Shown in pieces: positions 8,859 through 18,408 of a stretch of DNA of 64,000 nucleotides. The notes beneath the pieces were generated by a model, which worked only from the letters and a program-made list of their open reading frames with translations, had not been told where the DNA came from and searched no databases. Positions within the stretch are counted from its first letter, which is position 1. Each line of letters starts with the position of its first letter. The stretch is from a virus. The translations under genes were made by a program, and so were the position numbers. Location of the stretch: IMG/VR virus record IMGVR_UViG_3300025728_000001, positions 1-64,000 of that record. The stretch is one strand, 5' to 3'.

Positions 8859-10490
8859 ATGAGCATTCCTTTTTCTCGCTCCATTGATAAGCGTTCGGGC
8901 GTCCAGCTCAACCACATCAATGACATGTCGGAAATGCCGAGCGTCAGCACCGTAGCGCACAACATGGCCATTGCTGGCCGGTTCGCGCGTGGTCGCACCG
9001 ACAAGGTGTTTGCCGTCTCGCGCGGCAAGCTCAAGCGCACTTTGGGCGCCGCTCAGTCGCTGTCGGTTAGCGCCTTGGGTGAGCCGTATGTGCATATCTC
9101 CGAAGCTCTGAAAGGCGGCACGGTGCAGGCCATCGTTTCCCGCCTGGTGAGTGCGGACGCCACCAACAAGCTGATGGTTGCCACGGCCTCGGTATTGCCA
9201 GAAACGGCGGTATGGACCCTGGTGGACGAAGCCACGGGCGCCACCGGCAATTATCTGATCGCCATCAAACACTTGGAATGCTTCTCGGAAGGCGTCAAGG
9301 CTGAGATTCATGCCGACGCCGCCACCGACGCCGAGGGTGATCCGGCCGCGTCCAAAATCATCGTGCTGCAACTGCGCGACGTGAACACCAACGCAATCGT
9401 CCTTGGTCCCTACAAGGGCTCGCTGGATCCGGCGGCGCTCGATGAGTTCGGCAAAAGCTATTTCATTGGCGATATCGTGGCGCAGTACACCGACCTGCTG
9501 GAAGTGGTCGACGTGCATGCCGCCGCCGAGGTTCCGCTCACTTGCGTGTTCTACGGCAAGAAGGACAACAAGGACGCTTTTGCATCGGCGGCCCTGACCC
9601 CCTTCACCGAAGGTTCGACGCTGTACACCACCGCTGACCTGGACGCGGCGGTTGATCGCATTCGACGCTCGAAACCGACCTTTACCTACATCGGTTTGGG
9701 CGGCACTGAAAGCGTGGCGTTGATTTCTCGCCTGCTGGAACTGGGCAAGGAAATCAACAAGCAGGCGCCGTGGGACATTCCTGGTCGTTTCACCCCGGAA
9801 GCTGCCAAGACCTTCTATGACTCCGTTGGTGGCGCTACCGACAGCCTGTACAGCCAGTGCTATTGGGCGCCGATCATGGCTACCAACCCGGAAGTGGGCG
9901 GCAAGGCCTTTATGGGCACATCGGGCCTGAACATCGGCCTGCGCTGCGCTCGCAACGCTCAGACCAACGCCAAGGGCATCGCCCCGCGTAACGTCGTGAT
10001 TGCCGGCAGTGACTTCGCGGTCAACCGTACCAACATGGTGCAGACCTACGAGCCGTCGGACGACGAGCTTGAGTTGTTGGCGGCCAGCCGGATCAACCCG
10101 GTGTTGTTCAAGGATTACGCCAGCGGCGGCAAATACGCCTGGCTCGATTCCTTGACCGGTGCGCAGACCGAAGGCGCCAGCAAGTTGATCGCCGTAGTGG
10201 AAATGGCCACCTACGTCGACGACACCATCGCCTCGGCCGCTCAGGAAGCGTTGCAGAAGCCAATGGCCAAGGCCATCAAGCAAACCACGAAGTTCATTTC
10301 GACCTTCCTGGAGTCGCTGCAATCGGCGGAATGGCTGCAACCGAGTGCAGAACTCGACGGCGCCTGCTACTCGGCGGAAATCCAGGCGAATGCCAATCAG
10401 CCATTCGAGAAAATGAACATCGACACGTCCATCTGCTACGACGGTACGGCTCGGATCATCGTCCAGCAGCAATCGATCGTCCGCACTTAA
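8859..10490 (+). CDS. contractile tail sheath protein (P1 gp22-like)
   Basis: 543 aa, sheath-type C-terminal ELELLAASRINPV; synteny. Confidence 0.85.
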   Translation: MSIPFSRSIDKRSGVQLNHINDMSEMPSVSTVAHNMAIAGRFARGRTDKVFAVSRGKLKRTLGAAQSLSVSALGEPYVHISEALKGGTVQAIVSRLVSADATNKLMVATASVLPETAVWTLVDEATGATGNYLIAIKHLECFSEGVKAEIHADAATDAEGDPAASKIIVLQLRDVNTNAIVLGPYKGSLDPAALDEFGKSYFIGDIVAQYTDLLEVVDVHAAAEVPLTCVFYGKKDNKDAFASAALTPFTEGSTLYTTADLDAAVDRIRRSKPTFTYIGLGGTESVALISRLLELGKEINKQAPWDIPGRFTPEAAKTFYDSVGGATDSLYSQCYWAPIMATNPEVGGKAFMGTSGLNIGLRCARNAQTNAKGIAPRNVVIAGSDFAVNRTNMVQTYEPSDDELELLAASRINPVLFKDYASGGKYAWLDSLTGAQTEGASKLIAVVEMATYVDDTIASAAQEALQKPMAKAIKQTTKFISTFLESLQSAEWLQPSAELDGACYSAEIQANANQPFEKMNIDTSICYDGTARIIVQQQSIVRT

Positions 10491-10500
10491 GGGGAATTAC

Positions 10501-11238
10501 ATGGATAAGCTACTGCAACGCGTTCTCACGTCCAGCGAGGCGATCACCAAGGCCTACGCGGCACCGGTGATTGTTCCCGAGGTGGCGCAAGTACCAAACC
10601 TGCCACTGTCGAACCTGTCTCAGGCCATGCTCGACGCCATCGATCCAGCCAACGCGCCGGCGGCTCTGTTCACCGACGAAATGCGCCAGGAGGCGGTGGC
10701 CATCGTCCAGGAATGGGCTGAGTCGGAACTGGAAACCGGCGAAGGCTTTGGCGACCGTCTGTATGCGCTGGTTGTGGGCAGTGCCACCGACAGCGACGAC
10801 GAAATCAGCGACGACGAAGCCGAATATGCCGCTGGCCTGGCTGAACTGGTGGGCGACTACCTGGAAGGCAAGGGCATCGACGGCGCCGACGTGGATTCGC
10901 TGCTCAGTGACGATCCGTCGTTTGATAACGACGTGGCCGCCCGCATTCACGACGCGCTGCTGGATAAGCTGCCGCAGGGTGAAGATGCCATGCTCGATGA
11001 CGCTGACAAGTTCGTCAGTGGCGAAGACGATGAAATGCTCGACGCGGTTTACAAAAAGGTCGTGGCGATCCGTGGTGGTAAGAAGGTCCGCATCAAGAAG
11101 CGCGTTAGCGGGCACGTTCGCCTGACCGCCGCGCAGAAAGGTGCTGTGCGTAAGATGCAGCGCAAAGCCTTCTCGGGTGGCGCAAAGATGAAGCGCGCCA
11201 AGTCCATGCGCTTGCGCCAACGTCTGCTCGGTAAGTAA
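10501..11238 (+). CDS. virion morphogenesis protein, acidic body with basic tail (position of P1 gp21)
   Basis: Asp/Glu-rich ~180 aa then Lys/Arg-rich ~60 aa; follows sheath. Confidence 0.65.
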   Translation: MDKLLQRVLTSSEAITKAYAAPVIVPEVAQVPNLPLSNLSQAMLDAIDPANAPAALFTDEMRQEAVAIVQEWAESELETGEGFGDRLYALVVGSATDSDDEISDDEAEYAAGLAELVGDYLEGKGIDGADVDSLLSDDPSFDNDVAARIHDALLDKLPQGEDAMLDDADKFVSGEDDEMLDAVYKKVVAIRGGKKVRIKKRVSGHVRLTAAQKGAVRKMQRKAFSGGAKMKRAKSMRLRQRLLGK

Positions 11239-11241
11239 AAC

Positions 11242-12426
11242 ATGGCTGACTTTGGCTTTGATAGCCTGGGCAAAACCGTCTCCGCCAGCATCAAGGGCGT
11301 TACCGGGACGGTGGCCGGGAGTACTTCCAACTCACTGCTAGGGTCAGCCACCAAATTCTTAGGGGACGGCGCCGCTGGCGCCGGCTCTGGCATTCTCAAG
11401 GCCGGCGTGTTGCAGATTGACGGCCTGGTGGGCGGTACCGCCAACCGCAAGGCCATTGAGGGCGCCGTCAGCACCGTGACGGGCACGGTGGCCGATCTGT
11501 GGAGCGGTAAAACCTCCATCGGCGCGGTATACGACAAGGCCTCTGAAAAAGTGATGGGGCTGGTGGGCGGCGGCGGGACTGATGCCGGGCCGGGCGCGCT
11601 GGTCGGCAACGTCCTGGGCAGCGTGGGCGAGTACCTGCCAGGGCTCAAGACGCTCAGTTCTGACCTGGGTGGCGACTGGGGCCGGCTTTCGCCGTTGTTG
11701 CTGGCGCGGATTTTCGTCTGCAATGCCAAGGGCGTGGCCGATATCCTGGAGTTCGCCGGCGTGTTTGGGGCGCTCAAAGAGGGCTCGCTGGAGATTCAGC
11801 AAAACTGGCAATCGCCGTTTGAGAACACTGGCCCGGAAACCAAGGCGCCCGCGTTGGCCGGTATGCTGCAATCGGGTTCGCTGGTGCCGGTTCTAAACGC
11901 GCTCCAGGCGATATCCCCATTCAAGGATGGCGCGATATCGGACAGCCTCAACGGTGGCTCTGACAAGCTCAAGAGCGTCATGCGCGACCTTGAGGGGCGC
12001 ACAGGCATCACCAAGCTGAATTCGCGCCAAGTGTTTTCCGGTATGCCGCCGGTAAAGGTGAATTTCACCCTGCATTTCCGGGCGTTGAGCGATCCGCTCA
12101 CCGAGGTTGAGGCGCCGCTGACGCGTTTGCTTGAGTGGGTGTTCCCACAAGAGCTGGCCGAAGACGGGATTCTGTCGGAAGTGCTGAAAACCACGAACAG
12201 CGTCGAGTCGTTTATTCAGGCGTTGTTTCCGTCTACAGCGCCCAAGCTGCTGGGCCTCACCTACGCCGGCCGTACCTGGTCGCCCATGGTGATCGAAAAC
12301 GTCAGTTTCCCGCTCGACTCCCCGAAGAACTCGCAGGGCTATTTCATCGACCTCCCGGTGCAGGTGTCCATGTCGACCCTCACGGCGCTCGACCGCCCGG
12401 ACATCAAGCGTTTCTTTGGTCGCTAA
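11242..12426 (+). CDS. tail morphogenesis protein (position of P1 PmgG)
   Basis: Gly-rich N-terminus, beta-rich C-terminus; synteny only. Confidence 0.55.
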   Translation: MADFGFDSLGKTVSASIKGVTGTVAGSTSNSLLGSATKFLGDGAAGAGSGILKAGVLQIDGLVGGTANRKAIEGAVSTVTGTVADLWSGKTSIGAVYDKASEKVMGLVGGGGTDAGPGALVGNVLGSVGEYLPGLKTLSSDLGGDWGRLSPLLLARIFVCNAKGVADILEFAGVFGALKEGSLEIQQNWQSPFENTGPETKAPALAGMLQSGSLVPVLNALQAISPFKDGAISDSLNGGSDKLKSVMRDLEGRTGITKLNSRQVFSGMPPVKVNFTLHFRALSDPLTEVEAPLTRLLEWVFPQELAEDGILSEVLKTTNSVESFIQALFPSTAPKLLGLTYAGRTWSPMVIENVSFPLDSPKNSQGYFIDLPVQVSMSTLTALDRPDIKRFFGR

Positions 12427-12440
12427 CTGACTGCAAACCC

Positions 12441-12482
12441 TGCAAACCCTGCCCCGAGGCGGGGTTTTTTACGTGTGACGAT
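12441..12482 (+). promoter_or_regulatory. late-promoter motif before tail tube
   Basis: TGCAAA-N30-GACGAT. Confidence 0.7.
12446..12470 (+). terminator. intrinsic terminator overlapping a late promoter motif
   Basis: ACCCTGCC-CCGA-GGCGGGGT followed by T-run. Confidence 0.7.
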
Positions 12483-12516
12483 TACCCGGAGTGTTCCAAT
12501 TCTCCAGAGGTGATTT

Positions 12517-12990
12517 ATGTCTGTTAGCAGCATGCCGGTACTGAGCCGCACGTTTCAAAACACCAACGATTTAGGCGCCAAAGCCATCCAGGCCGATTCC
12601 ACCTTGGTGATCGATGGTTACGAGGACATGGTGTTGCTGTTCAAGCAATTTCCGTGGCCGGTGGCCACCGTCGGCGGCGTGGTTGAGTACTTCGGTCCCT
12701 TGGGCCAGAAAATGGGTCAGCCAAGCCAGGTCAAGACCATGCAGGAAGGCCCGGTCGCCATCTACGAAACCCGTCTCAACAAAGCCGGCGAGTTCCTGAA
12801 ACAACTGGTTGCCGCTGGTGGCGAGTTCAACGGCACCGTGTACGCCGGCCGCCCGGACGACTACACCCGCAAAGAAGACTTGAAAAAGTGCATCTTGGTG
12901 GTCGACACCCCGGATCGCGACTGGGAAAACGACATGCAGGTGCTGATGCTGGCCGGCACCATGACGTTCCACTGGTTTGCGAATCAGTAA
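12517..12990 (+). CDS. tail tube protein (P1 BplB-like)
   Basis: 157 aa, GAGG RBS, own promoter motif, tube-like size and beta pattern. Confidence 0.7.
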   Translation: MSVSSMPVLSRTFQNTNDLGAKAIQADSTLVIDGYEDMVLLFKQFPWPVATVGGVVEYFGPLGQKMGQPSQVKTMQEGPVAIYETRLNKAGEFLKQLVAAGGEFNGTVYAGRPDDYTRKEDLKKCILVVDTPDRDWENDMQVLMLAGTMTFHWFANQ

Positions 12991-12992
12991 GC

Positions 12993-13397
12993 ATGAATAT
13001 CAGCCAATTAGTTGACCAGTACGTTGCTGAGCTGCCGATTGGCTGTGTGCTGACAGAAGAGCAAATCACCCGCCACCTGCGCGATGCCGTGCGCCAGTAT
13101 TGCGGGTATGCCCGACTGACCAGCGCGCAGTCACTCGATACCGTGCACAGCGACCTCTACACCCCCGGTACCGATCCCGTCGCCGTGGACGTTGATCTGA
13201 CGCACAGCGAACTGGCAATCATCCGCCCCTTGTGGTGGCTCTACATCGAGAAAGAGAACGGCACGGCGCTGGAAGCTTCGCGCAGCCAGGGCGCTGACCC
13301 GTGGGGCCGCGCTGTGGCCGAGGTTGCGCAAGCGATCACTGATTATGAGGCGCGCCTACCGTCGCTGACGTTCATCTACGAAGTGAGGTCGATTTAA
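12993..13397 (+). CDS. putative head-tail adaptor (P1 PmgC-like)
   Basis: Start reassigned to ATG 12993; helical; synteny. Confidence 0.55.
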   Translation: MNISQLVDQYVAELPIGCVLTEEQITRHLRDAVRQYCGYARLTSAQSLDTVHSDLYTPGTDPVAVDVDLTHSELAIIRPLWWLYIEKENGTALEASRSQGADPWGRAVAEVAQAITDYEARLPSLTFIYEVRSI

Positions 13398-14104
13398 TGG
13401 CCAACATCTTCGAACGAATGGCGTTCCAGGGGATTGAGTCGGTCACGCCAAAGTTTGGTTTGAGTAGCAAAGTACTCAAGTACAGCAGCGCCGCCCGCAA
13501 CCTGCTGAGCGGGAACCTGAGCGGCGCCGCCAATGGCCTGCTCGATAACGTTTTCGGCCGTACCAACGCGTTTTCCGAAGGCGGCAACATCATTTTGGCT
13601 GGCCAGTCTTGGGCCAGCCAACTCCAGATGTTTGAAGAGGCGTCGAGCGTCAAGCGCGAGCGCACAAACCTGTGGCATATCGGGATTGACCCGGTGGGCA
13701 AAATCGCCGCGCCGCGCGTCAACCTGCTGGCCACCGAAGTTTCATTTAACAGCGTCCAGCTGGGGTATGAGCCGGTCAAGATCGGTTCCGGCTTCACCCA
13801 AGCCCCCACGGGCGCCGACCCGGTCGAGCTGCGTATCGTCTGTTACGACGTCAGCGGGGAAATCAAAACCTGGTTTGACAACCTAAAAACCCTGGCCGCG
13901 CACCCGGACGGCACCTTTGGCGTGCCGTCGGACTACGCCAACACCATCACCGTGACCCATGGCGCCATCGAAGAAGGCAAGGGCTACTCCAAAAGCTGGG
14001 TACTCCTACCGGTGTCGTGCGAGGTCAGCCTGTCGCGCAGCACGGATGAATTTACCGCGCTCAACCTGTCATTTACCCAACACGACACCTTTGGCGGCCT
14101 ATGA
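13397..14104 (+). CDS. tail tube-fold / baseplate hub protein (P1 Tub-like)
   Basis: Translationally coupled; synteny. Confidence 0.55.
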   Translation: MANIFERMAFQGIESVTPKFGLSSKVLKYSSAARNLLSGNLSGAANGLLDNVFGRTNAFSEGGNIILAGQSWASQLQMFEEASSVKRERTNLWHIGIDPVGKIAAPRVNLLATEVSFNSVQLGYEPVKIGSGFTQAPTGADPVELRIVCYDVSGEIKTWFDNLKTLAAHPDGTFGVPSDYANTITVTHGAIEEGKGYSKSWVLLPVSCEVSLSRSTDEFTALNLSFTQHDTFGGL

Positions 14105-14871
14105 AATATATCAACCCGGTAAACACGCGGCGCATATCCGTAGAAATGTCGGAAATGCTCATTGAAGACGTGGAAAAGCTGTGTGAAATCCCGTCCGTTT
14201 TTGAGCAGCGCACCGCCACCGAACTGCTGCGCCGCGTCTGCAAACCGATCGATCGTCCCAACGCCGTGGCCGATCCGCGTTTCTGGTCGGTGAACGAGCG
14301 AATTTTTGTGATCGCCAGCTACATGGCCGCCACCCGCGACGATGGCCCCGATTTCCCGGTGGGTGACGACAAGGACGGGGGCCACTTTAGCGATTACCTG
14401 CTGTCGGAAGCCGATTACGTGGGCGACATCCCGTTTTCGTTCGATGGCAATGACGCGCTGTACACCCCGTTGCTGGGCTACCAGGCCGAGATTATCGAGT
14501 CGTTGATTGCCGGCGGCACCTACAAGCCAACCGATTTCAGTTGGTGGTGTGCAGCCATGGCCGCGTGCGTGCGTGGAGTAAACGAAGAGCCAGAGCCCTA
14601 TACCGACGATGCCAGTTACGAAACTTGGCTTGTGAAGCGCATCACCGGTATCCGCAAACTGGTGGCTTCTGAGTTTGTGCAAATGTTTCATGCCTTCCAG
14701 GACGTGCAGCTGAGTGGCGCGCACCTGGTGCATGCGATCACCGGTTCGTTCGGCGTGGTGGCCTCGCCTGTCTCTGAGCGGGCAGAGGGGGCGCCAGAGT
14801 TAGCACCAGCCTGCTTTCCTGCCCATACCGCCATCAGCAGCGGCGCGCGTGCAGTTATGGGAATCGTATAA
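14101..14871 (+). CDS. tail assembly protein (P1 PmgB-like)
   Basis: ATGA-coupled; synteny. Confidence 0.5.
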   Translation: MKYINPVNTRRISVEMSEMLIEDVEKLCEIPSVFEQRTATELLRRVCKPIDRPNAVADPRFWSVNERIFVIASYMAATRDDGPDFPVGDDKDGGHFSDYLLSEADYVGDIPFSFDGNDALYTPLLGYQAEIIESLIAGGTYKPTDFSWWCAAMAACVRGVNEEPEPYTDDASYETWLVKRITGIRKLVASEFVQMFHAFQDVQLSGAHLVHAITGSFGVVASPVSERAEGAPELAPACFPAHTAISSGARAVMGIV

Positions 14872-15097
14872 CGACGTTCGTGCCGAGCTGGCGCTGTACT
14901 TCGGCCAAGACCTGGCGCAGGCCGGGAAGCTCACCGAAAGCCGCGTCCGCAAGCTGTTTGAAAGCAAGCCTTTCGGCAACTGGAAGAGCATGCGCGAAAA
15001 CGAGAACAAGGTAGTCCAGGCAGAGCTCAACCGCTTGGACGCGATCATTAAATCACTGGGCAACGTGGCGCAGATTATCGCCAAAAAAGGCGTCTGA
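14849..15097 (+). CDS. small tail-module protein
   Basis: Overlapping ORF that fills the gap to the next promoter motif. Confidence 0.55.
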   Translation: MQLWESYNDVRAELALYFGQDLAQAGKLTESRVRKLFESKPFGNWKSMRENENKVVQAELNRLDAIIKSLGNVAQIIAKKGV

Positions 15098-15101
15098 AAC
15101 G

Positions 15102-15143
15102 CGCAAACCGGCCACGGAAGGCTGGCACAAAGCCATAGACAAT
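15102..15143 (+). promoter_or_regulatory. late-promoter motif before lysis cassette
   Basis: CGCAAA-N30-GACAAT. Confidence 0.7.
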
Positions 15144-15157
15144 ATCGGTAATGAACC

Positions 15158-15484
15158 ATGACTAGATGGGAAAACGATATGGCCGCTGACGTGCAGCGAT
15201 TCATGGATACACCCTTTGCCAAGATGGGCGCCGGGATCGCGCAGGCGGTGGCTGGCGCAATGATTATCGGCATTGGCAGCAGCATGATTGCCAAGCTCGA
15301 CAACATCCAAAACACAGTGAATCAGGGCACACAAAACATGGCCCTGGTGCAGCGCGACGTTCGATTGCTGGAAGCGACGACGGCCGAACTCCGCACCGAA
15401 CAGGTGTCGGGCGAAAAGCGGATTTCTCGCCTGGAATTCAAGGCTGAGCAGCTGGAAAAGGACCGGGCCAATGACCGCAAGTAA
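15158..15484 (+). CDS. membrane plus coiled-coil protein, first gene of lysis cassette
   Basis: One hydrophobic segment followed by coiled coil. Confidence 0.6.
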   Translation: MTRWENDMAADVQRFMDTPFAKMGAGIAQAVAGAMIIGIGSSMIAKLDNIQNTVNQGTQNMALVQRDVRLLEATTAELRTEQVSGEKRISRLEFKAEQLEKDRANDRK

Positions 15485-15731
15485 GGTTCCGGCGCCGACG
15501 ACCTTCAAGGATCTGTTGCGCCAGAAGTTCAAGCCCCACAACAAGCAGATTTTTGCGGTCTGCCTGCTGCTCGACTCGCTGGTAACGATCATGACGCTCT
15601 ACAGCGATCACCCGCCGTTTAATCCGGTGATTTACGGCGCACTTTCCGCCCTGGTGAAGGGCGCGAACATCGGCCTTCACTACCTCAGCAAAGCCATTCA
15701 AGAGGAAGACCCCGATGCAGCAGCTCAGTAG
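15471..15731 (+). CDS. putative holin
   Basis: 86 aa, two hydrophobic segments, directly before endolysin. Confidence 0.6.
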   Translation: MTASKVPAPTTFKDLLRQKFKPHNKQIFAVCLLLDSLVTIMTLYSDHPPFNPVIYGALSALVKGANIGLHYLSKAIQEEDPDAAAQ

Positions 15732-16161
15732 ACCAACCACCGCCACCGTGGGCGATATCGACATTCTGGCGCGGACGCTGTGGGGCGAGGCCCGTGGCGA
15801 GAGCCAGGCCGGTATGGAAGCTGTGGCGTGGACCATCCGCAACCGGGTATTCGATGGCAAGGAGAAATCCTGGTGGGGCGAAGGCTATGCCGGTGTGTGC
15901 CAAAAGCCTTGGCAATTCAGTTGCTGGAACGCCAACGATGTGAACTCGCCTTTTCTGCGTGGTGCCAAGCCGATCCCCGCGGGCGAGTACAAAAAAGCCC
16001 TGGCCGCGGCCACTTCGGTGGTGAATGGTCTGGTACCGGACCCAACCGGGGGCGCGACCCACTACTACGCGACCACCATGCCGAAGGCGCCGACCTGGGT
16101 GAATGGAGCCACGCAAACGCTCAAGCTGGGGCAACACATCTTTTTCAAGAACGTTCCGTGA
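15715..16161 (+). CDS. endolysin, SleB / Hydrolase_2 family
   Basis: LARTLWGEARGE, VAWTIRNR, QFSCWN, DPTGGATHYY, HIFF. Confidence 0.92.
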   Translation: MQQLSRPTTATVGDIDILARTLWGEARGESQAGMEAVAWTIRNRVFDGKEKSWWGEGYAGVCQKPWQFSCWNANDVNSPFLRGAKPIPAGEYKKALAAATSVVNGLVPDPTGGATHYYATTMPKAPTWVNGATQTLKLGQHIFFKNVP

Positions 16162-16484
16162 GTCGCCTGTCGAGGGTGCTGCAAGACGGCCCCGGCAACG
16201 TCGTAATGTTCTGGTGCCCTGCCTGCGATGGCGCGCACGCCATCCAACATGGCGCCGGTACCGGGCCACGCTGGGACTGGAACGGCAACGCAGAAAAACC
16301 GACCTTTACCCCGTCCATCCTGGTCCGCTTCCAGGCTAACCCGAACGCCGGCGAAGAGTTCAAGGAGTGGCGCACGGAGCGGGTTTGCCACTCGTTCGTC
16401 ACCGACGGCCGCATTCAATTCCTTGGCGATTGCACGCATGCCTTGGCTGGCCAAACGGTTGATCTGCCGGACTGGGAGAGCTAA
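16158..16484 (+). CDS. DUF6527-like Cys/His protein
   Basis: GTG 16158; FWCPAC..H, WNGN..KPTFTPSI, CHSFVTDGRIQFLGDCTH. Confidence 0.7.
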   Translation: MSRLSRVLQDGPGNVVMFWCPACDGAHAIQHGAGTGPRWDWNGNAEKPTFTPSILVRFQANPNAGEEFKEWRTERVCHSFVTDGRIQFLGDCTHALAGQTVDLPDWES

Positions 16485-16489
16485 CGCCA

Positions 16490-16852
16490 ATGAGTATTAG
16501 CGTTAAAGCGCTGCTGGCATTCCTACTGCTGGGCATTGGCGCCGCTGGCGGTTTTTGGCAAGCGGCCACCCACTATCGGCCGCTGCTCGATACCGCTAAC
16601 CGTGAGCTGGCCACCGCCACCACCGGGCGCAACAACCTGGAAGCGTTGGCCGGTGAGCAGGGTAGGAAGCTGGGGGAGCTGGTGACGGCGGGGAACGTGC
16701 GTGAGGAACTGGCGCGCCAGGCTCTGGCCAAGGCTCGCGACGAGGCGAAACCAGACTACGCGGCGGCCAATCGAATCCAGCGAGAGCATATCGGCGGTGA
16801 TGACTGCGTAGCGGCCACGGTAGTGATTGATCAGGAGATTTTCGGCCTATGA
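16490..16852 (+). CDS. i-spanin (Rz-like)
   Basis: N-terminal TM segment plus coiled coil in lysis cassette. Confidence 0.75.
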   Translation: MSISVKALLAFLLLGIGAAGGFWQAATHYRPLLDTANRELATATTGRNNLEALAGEQGRKLGELVTAGNVREELARQALAKARDEAKPDYAAANRIQREHIGGDDCVAATVVIDQEIFGL

Positions 16853-17106
16853 AGGCTTTACTCATCGGTGCCCTGGTACTGCTGGCGGGGTGTGCCGGAC
16901 AACCGCCGGAAGTCCGCACTGTGCGCGCCGACGTACCGGTACCGGTTCCGTGTCGCACGAGCACTGTGGCGGTGCCAGCCTTTGCAGCGGAAGGGCTCAA
17001 GAAGACAGATTCCCTTGAGGTGAAAGTGCGCGCCTTGCTGGCCGAACGGAGACAGCGCATCGGCTACGAGCGTGAGCTGGTGGCTTCCGTTTCAGCGTGT
17101 CAGTGA
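16849..17106 (+). CDS. o-spanin (Rz1-like lipoprotein)
   Basis: Lipobox LAGC, Pro-rich VPVPVPC. Confidence 0.8.
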   Translation: MKALLIGALVLLAGCAGQPPEVRTVRADVPVPVPCRTSTVAVPAFAAEGLKKTDSLEVKVRALLAERRQRIGYERELVASVSACQ

Positions 17107-17196
17107 CCAGGCAGCAGTAACCCTGGCGACAGGTTTCGTCGCCATAAAGGTACCCCACAAAGTCAAAGGCAAGGCGTTACAGCCCGGTGCCTTTCT

Positions 17197-18408
17197 TTAT
17201 GCGTGGACGCTTGCCATGGGCTGCCTTGGCGTCGCGCGCTTTTCGACATACGAAGGCGCTACGCTGCGTTCCATCACATACTTGGCCCAACGCTCCATCA
17301 GCGGGCGGCGGCGTTCCAGCAGGTTGCCGCGGTTGTAGGCGCGGGTGGTGGCGTTACCCACGGAGTGCGACAGCGCAACCTCACACAAATCAGATGGGAA
17401 TTTGGTTTTCTCGGCCGCCCACATCCGGAACGTGGCGCGGAAACCGTGCGGTGTGGCGCTTTCCCCGTACTTGATCAGCACACGGCGCATGGCGTTGTTG
17501 GCCATGATCGATTCCATAGTGCGGTTCGGAAAAATCAAGCTGCTCTTGCCGCGGGTGTGCACGTCCTTGAGCACGGCCATGGCCGCATCACTCAGCGGGA
17601 TCTGGTGCGGCTCGCGGTTCTTCATGCGTTCGGCCGGAATGTTCCAAGTCTTGGTTTCGAAATCAATTTCGTCCCAAGTCGCGCCCATGGCCTCGCCACT
17701 GCGACAAGCTGTCAATATTACGAATTGTAGGCAGCGTGCGGCGCGGGTGATATCGCCTTCCAATTTCTCCATAAAGGCCGGTAGGCGTGAGTAGGGCATG
17801 GATTCCAGGTGCGTGGTTTCCGGTACCGCCTGCGACAGGATGTTTTGCAGGTGACCGCGCCAGCGCGCCGGGTTTTCGCCCGTGCGGTGCCCCCGCGTTT
17901 TGGCGAAGTCGAGGATCAGTTCAATGCGGTTGCGCACGCGGCGGGCCGATTCTGGCAATTCACGCCAAATAGGCTCAAGGACCGACATCACCGCTTTTGT
18001 GTCGATGTCGCTGACCGGCATAAGGCCGATGGTTGGGAATACGTGGTCGCGCAGGGAGCTGAACCACTGGGCGGCGTGCTTCTCCGACCAGCCGTGTTTG
18101 TAGCGCTCGATGCGTTCTAATGCTTCGTCTTGAAAGGTAACGGTCGGTTTGGCCTGCTGATGTTTCTGCGCCAGCGGATCAATACCGTTGTTGATCTGTA
18201 CGCGCAATTCAAGACATTTTGCCCGAGCTTCCGCCAGCGACACGAGCGGGAACGAGCCCAGCCCCATGTCGTGACGGTCGCCGTCGAGCTGGTAACGGAA
18301 GATCCAGGATTTCGCACCAGTCTTAGAAACGCGCAGGGATAAACCATTCTTATCCGTGTACGTCGCTGGGATGGTGATGTTTTGGATCACTTTTTGTGTG
18401 AGAGCCAT
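17197..18408 (-). CDS. int: tyrosine integrase, P4-like with arm-binding domain
   Basis: GLSLRVSKTGAKSWIFRY arm domain; TACRSGE, MK, HGFR, LSH and AY catalytic residues. Confidence 0.95.
   Translation of the reverse strand: MALTQKVIQNITIPATYTDKNGLSLRVSKTGAKSWIFRYQLDGDRHDMGLGSFPLVSLAEARAKCLELRVQINNGIDPLAQKHQQAKPTVTFQDEALERIERYKHGWSEKHAAQWFSSLRDHVFPTIGLMPVSDIDTKAVMSVLEPIWRELPESARRVRNRIELILDFAKTRGHRTGENPARWRGHLQNILSQAVPETTHLESMPYSRLPAFMEKLEGDITRAARCLQFVILTACRSGEAMGATWDEIDFETKTWNIPAERMKNREPHQIPLSDAAMAVLKDVHTRGKSSLIFPNRTMESIMANNAMRRVLIKYGESATPHGFRATFRMWAAEKTKFPSDLCEVALSHSVGNATTRAYNRGNLLERRRPLMERWAKYVMERSVAPSYVEKRATPRQPMASVHA

Noticed and set aside
4081-10472. Long antisense ORFs (435, 545, 390, 561 aa)
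   Set aside because: Shadow frames of GC3-biased genes on the opposite strand
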